In this document: in pieces, positions 1 to 13,329 of the stretch
How positions within the stretch are numbered: position 1 is the stretch's first letter
Layout of the letters: each line of letters opens with the position of its first letter
Position numbers and translations under genes: made by a program
The notes under the pieces: model-generated
Told to the model about the DNA's origin: nothing
Seen by the model: only the letters and a program-made list of their open reading frames with translations
Databases searched by the model: none
NCBI RefSeq assembly: GCF_004010195.1
Contig: NC_057751.1
Span: 5,870,502-5,934,501, forward strand
Source of the DNA: Chiloscyllium plagiosum
Taxonomy: Eukaryota
Direction of reading: 5' to 3'
DNA: 64,000 bases

Positions 1-1958
1 CATAGTGTCAATTCCATCTTTAAAAGTCTGCTATGCATACAGATAAGCATTACCATTCAGAGTTGCTGTGCAGAATTCCTGACATTCCAGGGAAAAGGTT
101 GATACAGAGATGAGACTTCATTTGCCCCAAAATCAGCAGTGAAGGCCACAATACCAGAAAACATTAGCCTGATCTGATGTTATCACCTGGGTTTAAGCAG
201 TCTCAGCTATCTGGAGAAATACTTAACAATGTAAGAAAAAGCTCAATGACCTTCTCCGCTCTGCCAATGTAAGTGCTGCCAACTTCTCTCCAATGTCACA
301 CACTCTATTACTGTGCCCACCAACCACTAGTGCTCACACTCTCACTGTTGCCTGCAATATCTTCTCCACTCGTTGTCACCCAACCCCGGGTACCAGTAAC
401 CTTACATGTCCTCTGTAATGTCTACTCACTTACTTGGGCCACCTCACCATGTGCACTTTCATTTCCCATAATACCTGCCTCTCTCTCATCACAGGAGGAA
501 AACTGCTCCCGGTAGAACAGAAAGGTAAGTGGTGAGCTTCCCACCCCTTTTGAAGAGAAAATCCTGCCTCTGACCATCTTGAGTGGCTGACTAACATGTC
601 TGAGCCCTTGGACTTCTCTCAAAGGCTGCTCTTGACTTGCTGTATTGGAACCCACTGACCAAAGGCTTGACTTGACTGAGGGCTGCTGACAATCATGACA
701 AGCTTCTTCCCTTTGTGCCTGTGCTGCATGGTAAGGCAAGACAGAGGTAATACGAGCTTGGTGTCTCTGACTGTAGGGTCAATATGCAAAAAGGCAAGGC
801 AATGTAAAGTAGGGATGTTATGAGCATCCAGACAGGATCAAGGTAAATAAGTGTTACAACAGTGAGTGAAGAGCCCAGAGATGCATGTTTATCCATGTGT
901 TTGGTGTGCTTCTCTCAGTGCTCAGTGTCCTCGCTGCAGCATTACAACGATAGTTGCTGTGAAATGCAGAAGTGGATCTGAAGGTATGCCAAGAGGTTTA
1001 TTTGATGACCAGCATACATTAGATGCCAGCATCTGTGGACATGTGGTGTGTGAAGCTTGTTCTGAGCTGTTGGTGCCAGGTGTCCAACATGGAGGCCCCT
1101 CTGAGCAAGCAGCAAACTCAACTTCCAGATACCCATATTGGTTCCAATGTCAGGATTTTTCCATGACCAGCTTGTTTGGTGAGTTCAGTAACACATGAAA
1201 TAATTCCACAGAGGTCGGTATCCCATCATGAAGACACTCTTTTCTTCACATGCCATTATACACTTCACTGATGTAGCTTCCTCAGAGCAAGCTGTCAGAG
1301 TGAACAGAACCTCTGACACTCCTGTTTCTTTTCTCTTCAGGTGTCTGCCACCCTTTTTAAAAATTTTTCTTGTTTTCCTCTTTTTTTCAGGGTGTCTGAT
1401 ACTCCAGTTTTCTTTTTTCCTCACCTTGCATGACCGCCTAACCACAGGAGTGCTTATTTTTCCCCAACACCCATGGTATGTATGTGCAGGTGTAGGACAC
1501 AGTGAAGAACTAACAAGTGTGCAAATCTTTATTTGTATTCCACCACCAGGAAAAAAGGAAGCACCAGAGTGGCCAGTGACACGCAGTGCCCTTCTCAACA
1601 AAGGGTGACACTTCTGTTTCTATTTGTCAGCCAGGGATCCCGGATTGGACCAGATTAATGGCCCCAATTGGGCACTTAGATTCTGTGAGGTCCACCTAGC
1701 TGACCTTGTTACAATTACTGCACACAGAAAGCTGAATATTAATGAGATGAGTTAGAATGTCAATAAGGTGTTTACCAAGCAGCCACCCCCCTTAATTGGC
1801 AACTCGCCATGAGAAACTTGCAATGCTCCTTGTCAAAAGCATAAAAAGATAGCACAAGATGCTTCTGACATCAGGATCGGACTTGGAGGACTTCTTGTCT
1901 GATTCTGCCACAAATCTTGCCGTAGCCCCTGTCACTCAAACCCCTACAAGATTCTGTG
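1..1958. mobile_element. Harbinger-derived DNA transposon remnant (starts before the window)
   Basis: Contains the Myb/SANT remnant. Segments 1125-1185 and 1730-1795 resemble 9785-9925. Ends in an aagattctg terminus-like motif. Confidence 0.45.
70..580 (+). pseudogene. Decayed Harbinger-type Myb/SANT DNA-binding gene with intron 269-494
   Basis: Manual translation gives ...AVSAIWRNT*QCKKKLNDLLRSA, then donor gtaagt at 269, acceptor ctctctcatcacag at 494, then ...TPFEEKILPLT. This resembles the Myb/SANT-like accessory protein of PIF/Harbinger elements. Multiple stops. Confidence 0.65.
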
Positions 1959-2309
1959 TATTGAGTCTGTTGTATTTTAAACCAGTGATTCAAGCCACAC
2001 TGTTCACTGCTTCTGAGACACGGAGATACCAGTTTGGAATATCTTAGGCCATGGGTGACTGTCCCTGAAGCTGTTTGCTCCTTGTCTGTAAACAAGGTTG
2101 TCCAACAATTTATGTACTGCCACACTCCTTTGTTAATCTCCTTACATTAGGTTTTCAACTTGTCCAAGACCTCCCTGCACTTGCTCATTCCAGGTGCCTT
2201 CTCTCTCAGACATCAGGATGATGTGATAAGTTAGATCACCCTGATTTAAATCAATCTCACTATATTATGGAATGGGCTTGCAGTTCAGAAAAATGAGAGT
2301 CAAGAACTC

Positions 2310-2760
2310 GTGGTCCTCATCTCTGGCTAAGTGGTCACCCATTTAGAACTGAGATGATGAGAAATATCTTTACTCAAAGGAATGTGAATAAGTGGAATTC
2401 TCTACCCAGAGGGATGTGGATACAGAGTCAGTGAGTATATTGAACACTGAGATGCAACAGGAGTAGACTTGCCAAATTTAAGGGCATTTAAATGGTCATT
2501 GGATAGGCATATGGATGAGAATGGAATAATGTAAAGATGGCTTCAGATTGATTTCACAGGTCAGCACCACATCAAGGGCCGAAGGACCTGTACTGCACTG
2601 TAATGTTTCACGTTCTATGTATCAATAGACTTGGAATACAAAGGGAGTCAAGGAATATGAGGATAAGGAAGGATGCTGGAGTTGTTGTGGAAGTCATTAA
2701 ATAGCACAGCAAACCTAGTAGGTTTATGGGCCAATCATGCTTCACATCATTATGTTCATA
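2310..2760 (+). mobile_element. CR1 LINE 3' fragments (two nested)
   Basis: Typical CR1 ORF2 C-terminal sequence (tttagaactgagatg...tggaattctctaccc) and 3' tail (gggccgaaggacctgtactgcactgtaatg). Confidence 0.7.
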
Positions 2761-3354
2761 TTTATTTTTATCCAGATGTTAACTTAAAATGTAAGAATGA
2801 TATCAAAATGAGGATGAAATGTATTAACTTTAAAACTGAGGGCTCAACTTAGTGTGAACAATCTTGTGTTCACTTATTCCTCAACCTCTAACGCTGTACC
2901 AACTAAACACTGCACTAGTTCTTCATGTTCAATAAGAGAGGAGGTCAACTCAAAAACAATGAAGCATAACATTTTCACACTAGATATAAAACGTGTGGCG
3001 AACCCTCAAATATATGGTGAAATTCACTTGGTTTATAATTACAGTTGAATACAAGTTTGACTCAGTGACCTAAGCCGACAGTTAGAAAGCAGTGTTGAGT
3101 ATGGATAGCAATAGCCTGGGTTGTTTTTCTTCCCAAATGTGTGCTTTCCATTTATTCTGTGATTAATGTTCTCACTTATGGTATAAACACAAACCATCCT
3201 GTGAAAGATCTCTGGTGTTAGTCACCTTGCCTGAAATAGTCCGAGTTTTGAAATGTGATCGTTGCTTATACCAGTTTAAGAAATCCATTTCTTATTTCTG
3301 CCAATCTGGGCCTGGTGCCAGACACGTCCTTGTCGACTGTAATAAATAAAAAAA

Positions 3355-3532
3355 AATACTGTGGATGCTGGAAATCTGAAAGAGAAAGAAAAAGTATTGG
3401 AGAAACTCAGCAGCTTTAGCAGGAGACTTCAACACTGTTCTGAAGATCAGTCACACCAATCTCAAAACATTAACTGTTTCTCTCTCTGTGGATGCTACCA
3501 GACCTGCTGAATTTCTCCATCATTTTCTGTGT
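3355..3532. mobile_element. Degenerate PLE terminal-repeat inverted pair (family D)
   Basis: ggagaaactcagcag / ctgctgaatttctcc inverted arms with a decayed CTGAAGA core at about 3440; homologous to 55461-55633. Confidence 0.55.
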
Positions 3533-6194
3533 CTTGTTTACATTCTTGGGTCAACTGTATTCAGATTCAGATGAATCCTGCACAGGTACTTGGCTGAATT
3601 GTTCTTTTAGAGTTTGAGTGGATTGCATTCAGACACAGATTATTTGTGAACTGGGATTTTAGTGAATGATGTTTAGGTGCAGGTGAATAACAGTGGTGTT
3701 TGGACAGATTATACTCAGGGATTCGATTAATTATCTTCAAATGAAATATAGATCAAAAGTTACAGCTTGTTAGTGTTCGCAAATTCAGATGGATTATAGA
3801 CTGGAAGTTAATGGATCAGCTGCAGGTATTCACAGGGGAAAATATGGGTAATGTGCCTGGCTGTGTTGAAGCAGGTCCCATAAAGGTAATACACAAGTCA
3901 ACACTACATCTCATGAAGATGATTTTCTGTACTTGATTCTTGGGCCAAGAGTGACTATATGTGAGTTAACAGCTGGCTACCTCAACATCTCAGATGTACT
4001 CTAGATGTACTTAATAAATGCACCATCGAGCGTCTTGCTAAGCAAGAAGGCCATAAAACTTTGATCCCTGGACAGCTAACTGATTTCAACTAGGACAGCA
4101 TCTGGATGGCTGAAATTTGGTTGTACCAGTGCTCTTGGGAAGGGTGGAGCAACAGGAGAAATGAACCCAGGTTCTCACTCTTGCATAATGTGGACTTTAA
4201 TGCCAAGATTATTGAGTTGAGCGCCAGCCTTCATTATGTTGAATAACATGTCTACCTGGTTGAAAAGTAGTCATGTGGGCGAGGGAATTGGAGGTTGATA
4301 ACACCCTGGGACAAGATTCAGTAAGGAACTTTAAACACTGGAAAAAAAGTTCAGCGAGCACAGCAATAAAAGTCATATAAGTGGCAAGGGGAAAAGAGAG
4401 ATGAAATCATTGACAGATGCAAAGGATGCACAATTCTGAACACTGGAATAATCTTGACAAACAACCCAGAGACATGGAGAAAAATAGACTGCAACATTTT
4501 TGCTATAGCCAGTGTGACTCGTCAAACTATCCGATCTGAATAAGTCATCACGCTGAAGGAGTGAAGGAGCTGCACTGTGTTCCGTCCTGAATTAATGAAG
4601 GATAATTAGGTTTTGCAGTTCTTATTAAATCCAAGGAGAAGGGAGATTCCATTGAGCTGGACTGTGTGTGACTTTCCAGTGCTTTCAGGCTGCATCCAGC
4701 TGCTTTAATAACTTTGCCTTAATCCTCAGTAAACAAATGTTTGAGGGAGGTCCACTTGTTAACGTCTCTGGGTAGTATTGCTCACTGCAAATGGCACCTG
4801 CGTTATATGGTTTTTGTTTAACACGGTTAGTGAGGGACATTGCTATTTACTTTGGCAGACAGCACACAGCTGCTCTTATATTCTGGGGAAAGGATCCAAA
4901 AACTACTGAAGAATTCACTCTTGCAGGGCTGAATGGGCCAAAAAAAGTACGCACATTTCTTTCTCCACCGCAACCCCCTCCCCAATCCTAGGGAGTGGGT
5001 TTCAGAAAACTGATATTCAGTCCAAATCACATTAGCAACTAATTTGCTCCAGCTTCTTGATTTCAGATTGTATTGTGATCGTCCTAAAGCTGGGAGAGGA
5101 CATCGAGCCTGAATTAAATTATGACATTCAGTTGGTTCCCAACAGCTGCTGAAATTTAAATTGGAACAGAATTAGTCAAGCGAAAGGCAACGTGTTTTTT
5201 GAGTGTGAACAGCATCTGCTGTTTGAGTTCGTCTTCCACAGAGGAACTAGGGTTATTTTGAACATCGATTCTCTTCAAATCAGGAGGTGTGAAGTTTTAC
5301 ACAACAGTCTCAGTTCTTCACAGAGTTTGTGAGATTATTTTAATATTGCCTACCCTGGAGCGAGGAGATCATATTCTGTGGCAACTGCGTCTCAAAAATT
5401 CTCTCAGTTGATTTGTTTTTGAATTGTTGACTTCCCTTATTCCTGCAGCCATACTGCAGCTCATACTTTGGTTAAATAATGTTGTCATGAGGAAACGGGG
5501 AAATGAAGATATTGTTTTTTCCTGGGATCCCTGGGAATATGCCACTTCCTGAATGAGGTTCCCCCGCACATAAATACATCTGAGAAATACGATTGTGATG
5601 GATGTGGGAATTTAATCTTGCACTTGGAAACTGTAAGCCGCATTCCATGTTATTGTTATCTATGAGTTCAACTCCATGTCAAATCAATTTTTCTTAAATT
5701 TAATGCTTTTTGAAATCTTATTATCGAATCCCATTACTTGCTGGTGGGACGAAATGCATAGTAGTATAGTAATTGTGTCTGATTTAACCTGGCCAGTCCA
5801 TTAAAAAACAATCACCGTGTTTACTAGTGCAAATGAACTGATAAGTCAAAGTCTTTTCTGTGTGAGGTGAGACAGTTTTTTTTCCTGACTCCTAATGCCT
5901 GTATAGATCTTCTGCTTATATAATGCAATAGAAATACAGATTTTTGTGTGGAACTTATTTTTAGCGAACCCAATGGATTGGATTTGTACAAACACCTCAA
6001 TATGTTCGGTACCATGACAGGCAATCGTCATTTAACGTTGTGGTTGGGTTCCTGAACTTTGCCACTTTAAGTGAAATGATTTTAAGTGAAGCATAGATTC
6101 CAAAGGACATGTGTAAAAGCTGGAAGGAGGTTGCGCACAAGCATCTTTTTTCAGGACAAAAAAGTAATTGAAGCACTATCCAAAACATGGATGC

Positions 6195-7052
6195 ATTGTA
6201 AACTCTGAGTAGAACACCTTAAACTTTCAAAAAAATGTTGGCAGAGTGGGCAAATATGTGCAGATGAAGATTAAAGTGGAGAAATGTGAGATGATTCATT
6301 TTGGTCGGATGAATATTCAGAGGCAGTAAAGAAAGGGCACAATTCTAAAGCACGTGCAGGAGACGAGAGACATCCGCGTACACAAGCACAAATTATGAAA
6401 GGTGGCCGGACAAGTGGAAAGAACATTTGATAAATCATAGTGTATTCTCAGTTTTATCAATAGAATATGAGAGTACAAGAGCAAGAGGCTTCTTTCACTC
6501 ACGAGCTTGACCTCAGGAGGATTACTTTGTTCAATTTTGGATGCCACACTTTGGAAAGATATGAACACGTTGAACAGAATGCAGAAGAATGGTTCCAGGT
6601 ATGAGAAACTTCAGTTCTGAGAAAAGGTTGGAGAATTTGGGTCTTTTCTTGTTGGAGAGAAGACCAAAAGGAGATTCATAGAGGTTTTCAAAATCATGAG
6701 GGACTGGACAAGATAGACAGAGAGAAACTGTTACTGCTTGTGAAGGAATGGGAATGAGAGGACACAGATTTAAAGTGATTTGCATAAGAAATAAGTGCGA
6801 TGTGTGAAAGAAAGTTTTACACACAATGAGTAGTTTAAATCCGCAATATACTGCCGGGAGATAGATGAAGGTATTTTCAATCAAGGCATTCAAGTGGGCA
6901 TGAGATAATTACTTGAATAGAAAAAATATGCAGGATTTTGGGAAAAAGGCAAGAGATTGGCCCTAAAACAAAATGCTTTTTTAGAGAGTCAGTGTGGATC
7001 CAATGGACTTAAGGGTTTCTTTCTGCCCCCGACAATTCTGAGGTTCTGTGAT
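6195..7052 (+). mobile_element. CR1 LINE ORF2 3' part, decayed
   Basis: EWA-MQM--VEKCEMIHFG, VQFW-PH and RGHRFK-like CR1 motifs with many stops and frameshifts. Confidence 0.8.
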
Positions 7053-7339
7053 TGAACCATCTAAGTTGAAATACTTGACCTTGCAAACTTACTCTCTTTT
7101 AAAACATACACACTTCAAAGTCAAATCAATTAAAAATATGAAGGGAAAATCTAAATTACTAATTCCACTGAATTTGTTAAATATAAGGCACTCTTCTCCA
7201 GTACTGTGAAGGACAAACTGAATGCTCTTCTTTTCCTGAGGTATTGTCCAACAGTTTTACTTCAGTATGCTGAACATAAACACAGTTTACGGTCTACGTT
7301 ATGTCACAACCCAATAACAACAGTGATATTTAGACTTAA

Positions 7340-7600
7340 TTCATGGTTTTAACTTAGTAAAATACCAAGTGGATAAAATGCCCAGATGAACTAAAACTTT
7401 GTCCAAAGCAGATTTTTAAGGAGAGAGAGGTAGAAAGTTGAAGAGGTTTAGGAACGCAATTTCAAAGGGTTGAACTGAGACAGTTATAGGAAAGGCCACT
7501 GCAATAGAACAGTTAAAATAGGGGATATAAATAAGATTGGGGGAGTAAAGATTTCAGAGGGTTACATAGCTGAGGTTGTCATAGAAACAGTGAGAGAGAA
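7340..7600 (-). mobile_element. L2 LINE 3' remnant
   Basis: ttttaaggagagagaggtagaaagttgaagaggtttagg matches the reverse L2-like 3' end also seen at 19270-19478. Confidence 0.45.
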
Positions 7601-8707
7601 GGCCACAGGTGAATTATGCTTTGTGGAAGGCTGTTTGAAATTGGGGTGACAGGAGGTAAGTAACGTACAACAGTATTCATTGCCTCTGACCTGTCCTTGC
7701 AACTATGCTACTTGAATTGCTGATCTAATTCTGTTTCTGGTTAATGGTCACCTCCATAAGTTGGTCGTGCATGATTTTCCAATGGCAATACTACGTGGGA
7801 AAGGGCAGCTTCATAATAAGGTACAGTTCTGTCTATAATGACAATTGTGACAGTATCTAGTATTTTGTATTTGTTAATACGTTTCAAAGATCATAAGTGT
7901 CTCTTGAACCCCCTGCCAAAGGTGACTCTTTTGTTTTCTCACTTCCGTGTTGAGGTGGCTTTACAATTTTTCCCAGTTTATCTTGTCTCAGTCCAAATTA
8001 CAATGCTTCCAACCAGCTGAAACATTTAAAATCATATCTCCAAAAATAAATGGGTGTAGTATTTTGACAGTAATTCTGAGTCATCATGTCTCAACAGCGG
8101 AGGAAGGACCATTCTTCATTCCGCTGCAACTTTCACATTAATCCTGCTGTCAGTGTCAATCCAAATGCACACCATTCCTAACCACTGGACATGACATCTC
8201 TGTCTACTGTCTTGCAAGTAGGTTGTCTGCCATCTTGGTTGAGGAACACCTGGCTCTGGGAGAAGACACCCCATTGACCTTTGGGGCAAAACTACAAAGG
8301 TCTTAGAGGAAGCACTGGCGAGGCTGCCTCCCATACTTTCCACCAGCTCGGATAGTGATATCTCATGGGAACATCAGGTTTAAAATATTTTGGAGCATAT
8401 GCTGGTGAGCACTTCACTGCAACAGCTCCACAGCTGGCCGAGGAAGAGGCACCCCAGGAGTGACAGATAATTGCGTGGCAGGGAATGGCCCTTATTGGCC
8501 AGAAGTTGCAGGGATGCAGCTCTCCATACCATCATCTGGCTACCTCAGGGTCTGCTGGAGAGGAGCATACCCCTGCTCTCCATTGCCCCAGCCATGCATC
8601 CTCATGACTGAAGACCTAGTATTAGGGGGATGGACAACTTGGTGCACACTGCAGGTGCCCCTTCTGAGACAGGACTGTGTGAAGGGGCACCCAGCTGGAG
8701 GAGGAAC

Positions 8708-8734
8708 CACACACACACACACACACACACACAC
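8708..8734. repeat. (CA)13 microsatellite
   Basis: Directly visible. Confidence 0.95.
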
Positions 8735-9226
8735 TCCTCAGATGTCTTCTCTGAGCACACTTCAGAGTGGCCAGGCCTTCCAACTTCGCCCTGCCTCTCT
8801 CCTCTTACCTTTGACAGTTCAAGCCAAGGAGGCTTCAAGTTCCTGAGCACATCTGGGCCATCCAGACATAAACACTCCTGGGATCACCCAACCAAGCCAC
8901 CAATGTGCTCTGCTGCCAAGCAGGTTCTCTCCAACCTAGCCATAAGACACAGTGGGAGGGAAAGAAGAACAAACCCAATTTAGGACACTTAAATGGTATG
9001 GGTGATATCAGATTGTATATGAAATCTCAGGTTTTTACAAATATCACTGATTGTTAACATTAAACATTGACACTGCATCTCTTTGTTCAAGTGCTTGCAT
9101 AGCTCTGAATGTAACTGTGCCAACATGATGCCTAATTTCATGTCCACACAGGATGTACTGGGAATCAATGTCTGTGTTGACAACCTGCTGCATCATGTGA
9201 AAGCAAGATGAACAAGATGTATACAG

Positions 9227-9356
9227 GGAGAAAGTGAGGACTGCAGGTACTGGAGAGTTGGAGTCAAAACATATGGGACTGAAAAGCACAGCAGGTCAGG
9301 CAGCATCCAAGCAGCAGGAGAGTGGACGTTTAGGGCATAAGCCCATCATCAGGAAT
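9227..9356 (-). mobile_element. Short PLE terminal-repeat insert (family A) with mutated hammerhead
   Basis: Homologous to 16385-16514. TSD atacaggg at 9221-9228 and 9355-9362. Core CTGATGA...tAAAcgtc (G12 lost). Confidence 0.8.
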
Positions 9357-10323
9357 ACAGGGTTGGTTAATCATAAAGGTTGTGTGTAAACCATTGCTAC
9401 TTGGCCTGAAACATTTCTGTTCTATCCCTGACTTGTGTCCAATATTGCTGGTGTGAATAAGGTGGTCAGCAATGTCAGGGAGACTTGGCAGGGATTCGGA
9501 ACCCTGCAAATATGAATCCAGTATAGTGCGTAGGCATGTGCAGAATGCTGTTTCTCTTTAAAGGGCTTCACATTGGTGGATCTTGCAATTCATGTTTCTG
9601 CTTCCTAAGAGTCTTATAATTGAACCAGAGAGGTGCTGTGATGGCTGTCAGGGTTGGCAAATATCAGAAATCATGTTCTTGGATGATGGATGAATGTAGC
9701 TGTTGTCCATTGATTGTGTCCTGAGACACTGTTCGATGCTGAGAAACATGGAGTCTCCTTGCAGCCAGTGGCAAGTTGAAGTTGTCAGGTACCTGCTCTG
9801 GCTTCCGTGCTGGGAATTCTCAACATCTAGCTTGTTTGGTGTGCTTGGTATGACAGCAAGCTTAATATCAATGAGGCAAGCCATGGTGTGAATAAGTTGT
9901 TCAAGAAGTTATAATCCCCCTTACTTTGACAACATGCTGCTGCACAGCGAGAAACTTGCTTCACCTCTTGGCAAATGTATAGAAGATGCAGATGCAGCTT
10001 GCTTGACATCTCGGAGGATTCTGCCATAGCTCAGGCCCCTACAGATTCCCCCCGATGCATTTGTTTGCAAGGATGTTTTCTGCTTGAGCTTGGTTAATTC
10101 TAGTGGATGGTTGTTACTGATGTGAGTTATTTCTTTAAGTATTGCAAGGTCTCATTGAATAGATTGAGGGATGTTATTTGCGAGGATGAGCAGCCATTGA
10201 ATGCAAGTTATTCCTTATCATTGAGTAAAGTTATGTGTTAAGAAGTTTGTTGTGAGGACTTCATAACAGATACCAGTATACAGAGAACAGAGAACTCAGA
10301 GTGTCTGTAGAAGTGTAAAGGAC

Positions 10324-10774
10324 TTGGCCTCCTCCATTACCACAATGAATCAGACTGCAGATTTGAGGAACAATAGCTCATCTTCCACCTGAGCAGCCTT
10401 CAGCCCAGAGGACTCAACATTGAGTTCTCCAATTTCAGATAACCTCCACTCCCATCACCTGGCTCCCTATCCAGCTCCTCCCTGCTCCCTCTCATTCCTG
10501 TCATTGACCCTTCCTTCTAGCCATCAACCAGATTCATCCCTCCCATCGACCAAGCAGGTCATACTCTCTACCTGCCTTCACTTATCCTCACCACCACCCT
10601 GCCCCCCCCACCCCCTTTATTTGCAGCACCCCTTACACCATTCCCAGTCGTGAAGAAGGGTTACACTGAAACATCGACTTCCCCATCTCCTGGTGTTGCC
10701 TGGCTTGCTGTGTTCTTCCAGCCTCTTGCCTATCTACCTTGAATTGCAGCATCTGCAGTTTTTTTGTCTCTAAC
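10324..10774 (+). mobile_element. Penelope-like element 3' fragment (family E): GIY-YIG C-terminus plus terminal repeat
   Basis: LGLLH...EEQ*LIFHLSSLQPRGLNIEFSNFR*; TSD gaagtgta(a/g)aggac at 10310-10323 and 10775-10788; decayed hammerhead at about 10650. Confidence 0.8.
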
Positions 10775-10914
10775 GAAGTGTAGAGGACAGCAGTTTTTGC
10801 AACCAATTTATGGATGATGTTCTTTTAATGTTGATGTTAAATAATGTGTTTAGTAATGTTAAGTTAGGGAGCAGTATCACTGTAGGTGGGAAGTTTCGAT
10901 GGGTGTTAGGCTAT

Positions 10915-11240
10915 GCTGTAGGAACACAGGGACAGGAGCAGACCATTCTTCCCATCAAGCCTGCCTTGCTATTCTATTCAATTGAGGCTGATCAAACACT
11001 TCAATGCCATTTACTCACCCCTTCCCCATAACAAAGTACATCACTATGCCCTCGAGTTCTGGACTCCCCCACCCCTGGGAAAAGACCTTGTCGATTTACC
11101 CTATCCATGCCCCTCGTGATTTTATAAACCTCTATAAGGTCACCCCTCAGCCTCCAACATTCTAGGGAAAACAGTCTATTCAGCCTCTCCCTATAGCTCA
11201 AACCCTCAAGCCTGGCAACAACCTTGTGAATCTTTTCCGC
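10915..11240 (-). mobile_element. CR1 LINE fragments
   Basis: ORF 11001-11201 SYRERLNRL..LRGDLIEVYKITRGMDRV..SRTRGH is the CR1 ORF2 C-terminus. Confidence 0.85.
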
Positions 11241-11244
11241 AATT

Positions 11245-11378
11245 TGGTCTTTTACTATAAATTCTGTGTCCTATGATCCTGCCCTACTAGTAACCGAGGA
11301 AGGAGCTGTGCTCCGAAAGCTCGTACTTTCAAATAAATCTGTTGGACTATAACCTGGTGTTGTGTGATTTTTCAATGT
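11245..11378 (+). mobile_element. PLE terminal repeat (family B)
   Basis: ccgaggaaggagctgtgctccGAAAgctc...ctgttggactataacctggtgttgtgtgattttt, homologous to the end of the 56353-59271 element. Confidence 0.8.
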
Positions 11379-11837
11379 AAAAAAAATCCTTGTCAGTGAA
11401 CGTTCTAGGCTGACTGAAGTACATTTTAGAGGACACGCGTTGAATTGGACTATCATGGAAGATTCTCGCATGACTGGAAGTCGACTGGCCACTTCTTCAA
11501 AGAAAGAACTGCTCTAAAACCTTAGAGATTGCACACAACAATGAAATAGGCCTCTTGTCCCCTGGGTTACCTACTGTCTCGACTGGATTGGGCAACTCTC
11601 CAACCATCACCTTACACGAGAATTGAGCGCACTCCATCACAATCGAGAAGGTTACAAGAAGCCATTGTTATGTCGAGAGTCCAAAATGGTGCAGGAGGTA
11701 TAAAGGGATACCTGAGTTGTGGAAACAGTGACCATCCTTGAAGGAAGCCAAAAATCTATGCTTTCAAGTTAATCGCAACACACTTTAAAGTTTTCTGCAG
11801 TCTCATCACACAGTGACGAGTGAAAGGATTGCAAATA

Positions 11838-11851
11838 CTGCCCTCTGCTGC
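11838..11851 (-). promoter_or_regulatory. CTCF-like motif
   Basis: Minus strand GCAGCAGAGGGCAG, one mismatch to the CCASYAGRKGGCRS core, in repeat-free sequence. Confidence 0.3.
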
Positions 11852-13329
11852 AGTCAGAGTAGAAGTTCACCTTATAATTCCCATGTGTCCTCCAGAGAAA
11901 TCAGAAATCATTGCCACATTCTCACTTCCAGTTCATTTAACAATAACGAAAGGGCAATCAGCGTCAACAATGACCATCGCAACATTTTAAACATAACATT
12001 TGAACAAGCATTTTCGAAGGCAATTGTGCCACAGAGTTTTGAGGAATAGTCCCCATCATCCCAAAATTGTCGCAGCTCACGATATTGATTTGCGATACTG
12101 AGTGTGGATGCTGTTGGTAATCCAGTGCCTGTTTCCAGGGAGTACCCTACAGACAGCCTCCACTGGGGTGCGTCTCATGCCAACCCCTTCGGCTCTCACC
12201 AGGAAGTATACAAAATGAGGATTGACTGTAATGTGTGAGTGAAGCTCCAGCTTTCACCTTCTATTCGCATGGAATGCATACTGTAATCCAAGATGAGACG
12301 CAACAAGCAGAGGAAATTAAAGGTACGTTCAAAATATTGAATTGCCACTTACCTTGAAGGACATTTCTAAAGGTTGCACACACAATTTTCCCTAATTACC
12401 AAAGAACTTACTGAAAAGCAATAATTGAGGAGCTGACATTTGGAAAAACGGCACAGTGAAACGTCCTGCTGTCTTGTCAATTTCTGAAGTGCTTGTGATG
12501 AGGTTCATGACCAGTTTGCACCCAGTTATTAGCTGAAAATAGATTCAGTTTAAAAGGAGCAGAATGCTGTGCAGAAAGTATTCAAATTCCAGTGAGTTTT
12601 CTCTCAGTTTCATAAGGTCACAACTGGGGTATTATTTCTGGTATTTTGTTTGCAGGTGATAAATGCTATGATTTATTGGCCTTCTGAATATCTTAAACAG
12701 AAAACCAAGTATACGTCACTAAGGGCTGTTAAGGATTTGCAAGAAATGTGGTAGTGAAGATCAAGATGAATGATTAATGTCATTTTCCACCCTGTAGTGT
12801 TCTTCCTGTTTCTCCTGAGGCTATGAATAAAATGTTAAGTCTGGTGATAAGAGAAAGACAACATTGTGGATTTTTGAATGGCCATGAGAACAGTTGTGAG
12901 GGGTTGTTGTAAATTCTTTGACAGAAGTGCGTTCATTTGTAAACTTCCTCAAGGTAGGTGTGTATGTTAACATATGATTAGTGAAATGTTTTTGTGAAAA
13001 TATTCAAGTATCTGCAGTGTCTTGAGTCGGGTTCTAGACAGCAGCCTGAGTTGGGATGAATAGAAATGGATTTAAGCCAGAATTGCATCTTGTTCATGAA
13101 AACAAATGTTTCCTAATTTTCACACAAATTAGGAGACATTTGTATGTAATTCATCTTGTTACAAGCAAATCTTTTTTCTTCTTTCATTCATCCTACCAAG
13201 CCCTGAAAGTGAGTGTAGAAATTCCTGGATATACAATTTTCATCAGTCATAACATGGAGAAATAAAATGTTGATCACCGTTTATAACTACAAAGTACTTT
13301 TAACCATGGAAATAAAAATCATTTGGTGC

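Larger units (their letters stand above)
8100..10050. mobile_element. Old Harbinger-related remnant
   Basis: 9785-9925 resembles 1125-1185 and 1730-1795 (cttgtttggtg...aatat.aatgag); left boundary uncertain. Confidence 0.3.

Noticed and set aside
4040..4340. Possible very old SINE remnant (and a similar stretch at about 60700-60990)
   Set aside because: Similarity too faint to assign family or boundaries without a profile search.
12353..12410. Minus-strand exon candidate with good splice sites
   Set aside because: Stops in all three frames; at most a non-coding exon, and unsupported.
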